From Octopus vulgaris (Eukaryota): a stretch of DNA of 64,000 nucleotides. Under the pieces are notes generated by a model that ran no database searches, was not told the DNA's origin, and saw only the letters and a list, made by a program, of their open reading frames with translations. The position numbers and the translations under genes are program-made. Of the stretch, positions 24,771-64,000 are shown piece by piece. Every line of letters starts with the position of its first letter. Positions within the stretch are counted from its first letter, which is position 1. Location of the stretch: NCBI GenBank assembly GCA_951406725.2, contig OX597832.1:54002001-54066000 (forward strand). The letters are read 5' to 3'.

Positions 24771-25619
24771 TTGCATGTTTTAATAAAATCTATCTTAATT
24801 TTCTGTAGAATGTATTTGCCTGTCATATTTTATAAAGGGTTAATATATTTTTTATTGGAATATAAAGACAAAGGAATCTCCGTGGATAATGTCAAGAAGA
24901 CAGAATGTTTGTCATCAACAGTGAAACAAAATTACCAAACAAGTAGAATTTATTTTTTATAATGTCAACAATTTGTTGTACTCTAAACTTAAAGAATCTA
25001 CCAGACTTAATTAAGTTCTTCTGACCTTCAAGTTGAACGATGTAGTTGAAAACTAATATGCTGATAACATTTTGACTGAAACAAAACATTCTATTTAACG
25101 AATTTTTGACATGAGTCAACACTAATTTTGAAGCCACTTACGAAGGTAAAATATATCAACCTTCATCGTTGATTAAAGGGTCTCAAAAGACAACTTTAAC
25201 TTGCCACCATTTACAGACTTAAACATCTCTCCCTCATCATCCACGTATATGATGACAACGACCCGACCAGGGATGGAGTTTCTAACACAAGATCGTTCCA
25301 TCTGCTAGAAATAACAGTCAAGTTCCTATCAAACCCATCAGAGGGTCTCAAACATTTTTGGCCTCCCCCCTCCCCTATTTTGATGTATAAATAAATATTT
25401 TATATTTTAATAATTTATACATACTTATGAATCATTTGATATTTATATAATATTATATAATTTGTATACAATATTATAATAAATTCCTAGCGTCTCCCAA
25501 TCCACTGCCTTCCTCCCAACGCCTCCTTTTTCTCTATCACCCCCTTAGGCACCAGTGCCCACCTGGACCGTCTCTATACCCTCCAGGGGGCGGTAGCACC
25601 CACTTTGAAAACCTATGAT

Positions 25620-26950
25620 CTATGTAAGTTGTTCAAATGTGTGCATCCATGAGATTAGGTAGTCATCTAGGTAACGTTTCTAGTTTTCTAGTAGATATTT
25701 GTGGAAGTCATATTTTCATTTAGATTGCTCATATATCTGGACCACCATGTATGCCATGACTAGATTGGCATCAGAGCAACTTTTGTCCCCATTGCAGTCC
25801 CAGTTATTTGTTTGTAAATATTGCCATCGAAGTCTAAAATGTTGTTTCTGAGGATGAACTTAAATCCTTCAGTGATGAAACTGTTTTCAGTTCTGTCTGG
25901 AATTTCATGAGGGAATTTTTCCAAGCCAGAAATTTATTGCCTCTAGTCCATATTGGTGTGGGATTGTGGTATAGAAATTTACCACATTAAAAGATACAAT
26001 AGTGGTATCATTGTTTATGGATTTTGGGAGATGGCTAAACAGATCCAGGTTGTCCCTTACAAGACTTGGTATGCATTTTAAAATAGGTTTCAGTAATATA
26101 TCTAATAAGTTGCTGAGCCTGTGTGTTTCACAGTTTGGGCTTGCTACGATTGGTCTAAATTTAAGGTTGGTGGGATATTGTATGTTTATGCAACTTGAAG
26201 TTGGTTCGTTATATGCATTCTTAATAGTTTGATTATGGATTTTTGGGAGACCGTAAAAGTAGCTAGTCTTGCACTCAAAATGAGTTAGGTAGTCACATTC
26301 TTTGTTAAACCTTTTTGAGGTCTATGAATGAATATGTTCAGTTTAGTCATTGCCCTTGATTTTTGGTAATTATTTACCTTTTTATGGTAGGTCATAGCTT
26401 GTAATATAGATAGTATATTTCTTTTGTAGTGTTCAATATCCATAAATATAGCTCTTCCCTTATCTGCTTCCTTAAGTATGTTTTAGTTTTTCAGTTCATG
26501 TATAATAGCCCATTCCTTTTGACTGGTACTGGGTTTGATTTTAGGACGTGGAAGTTCTTTGTAAGGGAAGGTATATATAAAATCACAAAATTTATCTAAA
26601 GCTTTAATCTTACCTTTCGTGGGCTTGTAATAGCTCTTGTTTCTTGCAATTAATTTGTAGCTGTTTACTTTATCGAACAATTCCTGCTAGGTGTAGTTTT
26701 CTACAGAACTGTGAAATACTCTGTATTTTATCAGAGTTAGGGTGCTGTGATGTTGGGGTAAATTTTAGGTCTTTTGACAAAATAATTTCTTCTACTGAGC
26801 GTTTTTTTTTTGAATAGGTTAATTATCTTCAGTTTGTACCATCTGGTGTCAAGAACTCTTTCAGTTGGATCTAAAAAATAATTTTTCCAAAGTTTTCCTT
26901 TTATTACTATTTATATATCTGAGGACATTTTCTCTGTTAACTTGTCCTCT
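25620..26950 (-). pseudogene. Penelope-like element reverse-transcriptase remnant
   Basis: TSYFYGLPKIH, FRPIVASPNCETHRLSNLLDILLKP, FYTTIPH, YKQITGTAMG and RYLDD motifs; stops and frameshifts. Confidence 0.88.
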
Positions 26951-27479
26951 TTTGTACCGATTTTGTACATTTGTTGTTCTAGATTGCAGTTGTTTCTCTC
27001 TGTAATTGTTTTTTAAATTGATATTTTTTATCCGTTGTGTATGTCTTCAGTTTCGGAGAAAATTCAGTCCAGGTCTTCCCGCTCTACCTCTGTTCAGTGA
27101 ATACCACAACAAATGAAACACAGATAAACAAAGAAAATACTTTCATACAAACCCAGACTTAACAAACTTTACCAAAGTACATAGACAAATAACTATTCAC
27201 ATACAAAACTCATTCTGTCACTTAATAAGAGGAACCTACAGAACTAACAAACTAAACTTTAGCCACTGGACTACATACAAACGACTCTATTCCACTCTCC
27301 CACCAGGTAGATTAAATTTTGAATTCCTTGATTGTTACTAACCATGTTCTTTCAACTGTGTCAGCCTTCATTTTAGGCACAAAATATACCGAAAGGATGA
27401 AAATCAAAGTCAACCTTGGCAGAATTTGAACTCAAAACATGAAGATGGACAAAATGTTAAGCATTTTGCCTGGTGCAGT

Positions 27480-28145
27480 AACGGCCAGGCCAGAAATTTT
27501 GGAGAAAGTGGGGGTTAGTCAATTAAATCCATCCCAGTACTCAACTGGTGCTTATTTCTTATTTCTTTGCCCACAGGGGCTAAACATAGAGGGGACAAAC
27601 AAGGACAAAGGGATTAAGTTGATTGCATTAATCCCAGTGGGTAACTGGTACTTAATTTATCGACCCCGAAAGGATGAAAGGCCAAGTCGACCTCGGCGGA
27701 ATTTGAACTCACAACATAACGGCAGACGAAATACCTATTTCTTTACTGCCCACAAGGGGTTAAACATAGAGGGGACAAACAAGGACAGACATAGGTATTA
27801 AGTCGATTACATCGACCCCAGTGCGTAACTGGTACTTAATTTACCGACCCCAAAAGGATGAAAGGCCAAGTCGACCTCGGCGGAATTTGAACTCAGAACA
27901 TAACGGCAGACGAAATACCTATTTCTTTACTGCCCACAAGGGGTTAAACATAGAGGGGACAAACAAGGACAGACATAGGTATTAAGTCGATTACATCGAC
28001 CCCAGTGCATAACTGGTACTTAATTTATCGACCCGGAAAGGATGAAAGGCCAAGTCGACCTCGGTGGAATTTGAACTCAGAATGTAACGGCAGACGAAAT
28101 ACCACTAAGCATTTCGCCTGGCGTGTTAACGTTTCTGCCAGCTTA
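27480..28145 (-). mobile_element. SINE family B concatemer (3 or more units)
   Basis: Junction gcagacgaaatacc|tatttctttac at 27736 and 27920 (184-bp period). Confidence 0.9.
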
Positions 28146-28235
28146 TTTCTATCGACCCTGACAGAATGAAATTCAACATTGACTTGGGTATGATTTGAGC
28201 CTGAAGAAATACTGCTAAACATTTTTTTCCCATTC

Positions 28236-28655
28236 CGGATGGTCTCAATGAAGAAAGGCTGAAGACGCTCGACCTTTATTCTCTAGAAAAACGATGATGC
28301 CGTGGTGATCTCATTCTTGCTCACAACATCATAAGCGGTAAGTGTAACCTCTCGAAAGAGCTGTTCTTCACTCCTGCTCCAGAGCATCGGCTGTGGGGTC
28401 ACTCCGAAAAGCTCTATCTGCGACGATTTCATCTCAATCGAAGGAGAAGGGCTTTCTCTGTCCGGGTTGCGGATCCGTGGAATAAGCTGCCGGACGAGAT
28501 AGTGAAGATGCCGATGACCGCTCGGTTCAAAGTCTCCCTTGACCACAAGTGGCCTTGAACTCTTTACATGAACACCACCCTGTACGTAACTCCATGTCCT
28601 CCTACATGGCCTTGCTTTTTGCTTTTTGAGCCAAAAAATTAACTAACGAACTAAC
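28236..28655 (+). mobile_element. CR1-clade LINE 3' end
   Basis: EERLKTLDLYSLEKR*CRGDLILAHNII...AFSVRVADPWNKLPDEIV, then a short UTR and an (AACT)n tail. Confidence 0.85.
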
Positions 28656-28749
28656 AACTTTGCCAGTCCACTGCCTTAACAATAACAACAACAACAAATG
28701 ACAGCAATGACAATAGTGCTGGGAACAACATCAATAAAGAACGACTCTA

Positions 28750-29211
28750 AACTTGAGTGCACATTAAAAATTTATTTACATGATTGTACAATAAGGAAAA
28801 CCTTTTTACCTCAGCATACAACAACCTCTGCTGTTGTTGTTGTTGCTGCTGCTGTTGCCTCCCGTTCTGGTTTTGTGTCTTTTACAGAGAAACAATGTAG
28901 CGAATAATGGAGAAGAAATATGGTTTGACTTTTTTCTTTTTCATTTCTATTTATTTTTCTTTTTTTTTTTTTGTTTAAATATTATCTTCAGTTAAACTAA
29001 CTGACAGAATGTGATATTCTATGCCATTTATCAGAATCAGAAAAATAATAGAACTCAGCTTTCCAATGGCATTGTAAGGGGTGGGTGGGAAGAGGAAAAA
29101 AAAAATACCCCTTTGACTGGAATTTATGAAGAATTTGATATTAGACAAAATAATACACTGAATGTGTAATCAAATCCTTAACGGGGCCTATCATTGGATA
29201 TATAACTTCTC

Positions 29212-29245
<34 letters not shown>

Positions 29246-29654
29246 CTCTAGTCATTTGTACTCAACAGTAATTGTAAGTGAGCAATTTTCACATAAGCTT
29301 TCTCGATGGTTTAATAACTACTATATGATGACGATGATGATGATGCTGATGATGGTTGATGAAGACAATGATTATGTTCATGATGGTGGTGTGAAGGTGA
29401 TGACGGTGAGGGTGGTAGCGATGGTGGTGGTGGTTGATATCTATAGTTTACAGGAGTGGTGGCCACTTTTTTGCAGTTGTTTTCTCAGAAAAAAATATCC
29501 CCCGTTACCGAGAAGAAAAAAAAGAAAAAAAAAGAGAGAGAGAAAGAAAAAGAAAAAAACACTGACCACTTTTACACATGTTAACACACATCTAAAATGT
29601 TGTCAGTGTCTGTTTGAAAAGATTTATAGAAAATGAGTCTAAAGGAAACTTTAA

Positions 29655-29692
<38 letters not shown>

Positions 29693-30417
29693 TGATGATG
29701 ATGATGTAAGAGAAGGGGGACAAAATGTATTTTTTTATTGTTGTTGTTGTTCACGTTATCAAAGTTCCTTGTCAGATATCAAGTCTTGTAGTGAAACGGA
29801 ACCACAAGTTGAAGAGTGGAAAGACATAAATGGAGCGGGTGGAACCGATGAAGAAGTATTTCTTAACATGACATATATTAATTGATGGTTTCACAGGAAG
29901 ACTGGCACTGAAAAACACACACACAAACACACACATGTATATACATACATACATACATATATATATGTGTGTATATATATATATATATATAAAATATATA
30001 AATATATGCTTATATACATATATGTACATACATACATATATATGTATATATACATGCATATATGGGCACAGGACGTAAAAAAAACATAGACAAAATGCAA
30101 AACAAGAACATAAAAACAAAAACATAGAAACGCGGAGCAGATGAAACAGGGACAACTGAAGAAGGGGAATATTCTTTGTGTTGTATGTCTCGTTTCTGTT
30201 TTTTTTCGTTGTTTGAAAAAAAGTTCGTTTCTATGTTTTTGTTTTTATGTTTTCGCTTCTCATAGTGTTCAACGTTTTTTTGAAGTCCTGTACCCATATA
30301 TGCATGTATATATACATATATATGTGGGTATGTACATATATGTATGTATATATGCATATATTTATATATTATTTATATTATTATATGATCGAATGCCACG
30401 CATCCTTTTCCAAGTAC

Positions 30418-30456
<39 letters not shown>

Positions 30457-30657
30457 CATACACACACACATATATATATTTACACATATATACACACATA
30501 CACACACACATGTAAGTGGACAAGCAAAGTGACACTCCACACATTTCATGAGTTATTTAATAACAGTTTGACTCGTTTCCATAGAGCTTAACTTTTTTCT
30601 GGGTTTGTAAGACAGTCGCAAGGAACTGAATCACACTAATTAAATAATAAATTATAG

Positions 30658-30690
<33 letters not shown>

Positions 30691-32289
30691 AAACCATATT
30701 TGACTATCATTCAAGATGCCAAAAAACATGTGCAGACAAGCACTAGTTGACATCATAACACTATCAACAATACTTTTGGAAGAAGAAGAATATTTCTGAA
30801 GACTGACTTTGATTATTCAGTCTCAAGAAAATAATGTTGAGCATTGGTTAATGAAAGGTGTTGTGGACATTAGATACAGCAGGGCAAGTAACTTGCTATA
30901 CTTCACATTTAAAGAACAGCGTCTTTCTTAGAGAAAAGCTAAGTAAAAAAAAAACAGAAAAAAAAACCTTCATTGAAGTATTCAAATACTTGAAATAGAA
31001 AAGAAGCAGTTATTTAAAAAATAATTCAGATTTATTGGGGAAAAACAAAGATCTACAAATTGATAAATGTTTCATTTGCTGTTAATTAATAGACAGGTGT
31101 TGTAAATTGGAATAAAAAAATTAAGTGAAACAATAGAATTTTACTTCTCTCTCTGAATGTATGTATAATTTGTAATCCTGTTTTGGATGAGTCAATTTGT
31201 AAATGAGGTATATATAACCTGCTGGGTATAGATGTAACTGAATAATGCAGGTTGCTGAACACAGATGGAACTCAACAATACAGATAGCAGAGTAATCTAG
31301 ACGTAACTGAGTAATAAAGCCTGCTGAGTAGAATAGATGCCATTGAGTAACACAGCCAGCTGAGTAGTACAATCTGCTGAGTAGCTAAGCAATGCAGGCA
31401 GTTGAGTATAGATGTCACTGAATAATATTATATAGCCTGCTGAGTCCAGATATAACTGAGTAATACAACCTGTTGAGTATAGATGTGATTGAGCAATACA
31501 GCTAGCTGAACACTGAGGGGATTCAATAATACAGCCTGCTGAGTATAGAGATGTGTAGTACAACCTGCTGAGTATAGACGGAACTCAATAATACAACCTA
31601 CTGAGCCACAGTGCAACTGAGTAATTTAGCCTGTTGAGCAGAAAATTCAGAACTGTTCAGTTTTCACAGACGATTCACTTAGATATTGCTTTTAAACAGC
31701 AATAAGCTTCAGTGATCCTCACTGGTGGTGGTCGTGGGTGAAGTTAGCTCTTAACAAATACACTGACCCAAACGATAACTGGATCATTTTTTCACTGTTA
31801 TTTTAGGGGGGACGCCATCCCGCCCTCATAACAATGATAACAAAATATACCATGCTGTTACTACAAGACAAATATGATGATAGAATGGAGTCGTCGACAA
31901 ACTTTGCTAATGTGTATCTGAGTGTTTGCATGTGTGTGTGTGTGTGTGTGTATGTCTTTGATGAAACTAAGAAAAAAAAAACCACTTAAAAAACCCTCTC
32001 CCTGGCATTTATGAGAAACCTCTGTGCATCAGTTCAATGGCTAAGCTGAGAAAGCTGATGTTGTGGGCTTGGTGTGAAATGTAGACAATCCACGTCTATA
32101 ATTATTATTATTATTATTATTGTTGTGAAATGCAGACAATCCACATTCTATATTAATTGTGGGTCGGTAAGTAGTTAGTATTGCTGATAATTCAAGAAAA
32201 TAGTGTTGCTTAGAAAAGAGGCACTACAATGGAAGATAGAGCCAGCTGAAATGAGAAGATGAAAGACAACAAAAACAAAAAAAACCATT
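28750..32289 (-). other. Probable 3'UTR of Scm/SCMH1 with distal poly(A) signal
   Basis: SINE-free 3.5 kb downstream of the stop; minus-strand TGTAAATAAA at 28771-28780 followed by a GT/T-rich tract. The extent is inferred. Confidence 0.45.
31215..31640. repeat. Degenerate ~32-33-bp tandem repeat (cctgctgagtatagatgtaactgagtaataca), about 13 units
   Basis: Recurring CTGCTGAGTA / ACTGAGTAAT motifs. Confidence 0.75.
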
Positions 32290-63118
<30,829 letters not shown>

Positions 63119-63427
63119 CTGTTTTCACAGACAAAAAATATCAATGACAGATTTTAGGATTTAATCCACCTGTGCACCCACCACACAGATAACAAAAAAG
63201 TAAATACAAAGAAACATTCCAGTTATTAAGCATTTAAAAATAAAAAATTAAAATCACAAATGTGTATTTTGTGTGTGAGAATCTTGATTAATTTTTACAC
63301 AACAAATGTGTAGAAAAATCCATTTTATTGCAACAACTGGATAATGAACTGAAATATCTAATCAGATACAGGATTCTAGTAAATAAAAATTATTTCCTAC
63401 ATATGTAAAAAGCCTACTGGACTAGCA

Positions 63428-63635
63428 CAGGGTACGGTAGAAATATCTTCCACATTTTAACCTTTCACTTATGTGTTGCTAATGAACTTATGCAAGTGCC
63501 AACAATGTTTTCATTTAGCTAATGAACAACTGTAACCCTTTGTTTAAACAACAGTAAAATTAATTTTTCATAAATGTTGTTCCTTTTTCCTTTTGTCAAC
63601 CTTTCAAATGTGGGAGGTATTTCTGCCGCACCCTG
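63428..63635. mobile_element. Tc1/mariner-type MITE
   Basis: Imperfect TIRs CAGGGTACGGTAGAAATATCTTCCACATTT / AAATGTGGGAGGTATTTCTGCCGCACCCTG, TA on the right flank. Confidence 0.65.
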
Positions 63636-64000
63636 TATATGTTAATGATTCCGGAGAGACATAAGTAAATTTGTCCTCTGTTGGGATTGAAGTCAAAACA
63701 TAAGGACATTCATCTGATGCTCAACTGATTCCACAAAATACATAAAGTATATATTTTTTTTTAAATATCCTCAAAAATAGGATCATTATATCTTGTATAA
63801 TTATATAATTGTAATGATGTGTGGATAATTGAAACAGCCGCAGGAAATAAATTTTTGAAATAACAATGATATTGTCTTTCTTTTCAAACATACACAATGG
63901 TATTAACAACCTTTTCATTAAATACTGATACGTGCTGATCAAGAACATTGCATACAATCTTTTCTACTCTAGACACAAGGCCCAAAATTTTGGGAGAAGG

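Overview
Eukaryotic, AT-rich, repeat-dense genomic DNA. It is probably an octopus or other coleoid cephalopod, inferred from my recollection of the tRNA-derived SINE families and not from a database search. The only well-supported protein-coding gene is the 3' part of a Polycomb-group Scm/SCMH1 homolog on the minus strand. It has 8 hand-spliced coding exons between 63118 and 32290, all GT-AG and phase-consistent, about 463 aa covering an MBT repeat, the SLED domain and a SAM domain, with a probable long 3'UTR to about 28750. The 5' exons lie beyond the window. The rest is microsatellites, several SINE families, decayed RTE, CR1, RLE/Hero and Penelope retroelements, Merlin-like, Tc1/mariner, hAT and piggyBac-like MITEs, a Helitron and a 22-bp minisatellite. 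The main highlight is a set of minimal type-I hammerhead ribozyme motifs in small non-coding elements. These include a ~351-nt retrozyme-like unit in inverted plus tandem arrangement at 52.4-53.1 kb, a diverged relative at 13.0 kb, a tRNA-headed hammerhead element at 45.0-45.5 kb and a Penelope-type copy at 8.1 kb. Other highlights are a tandem TRIM with a tRNA-Trp primer site, a micro-inversion revealed by swapped 8-bp TSDs, SINE concatemers with a fixed junction, a SINE with a 133-bp target duplication and a candidate 15-nt microexon. Most ORFs in the supplied track are artefacts of microsatellites and SINEs. All alignments were done by eye, so repeat boundaries are approximate.
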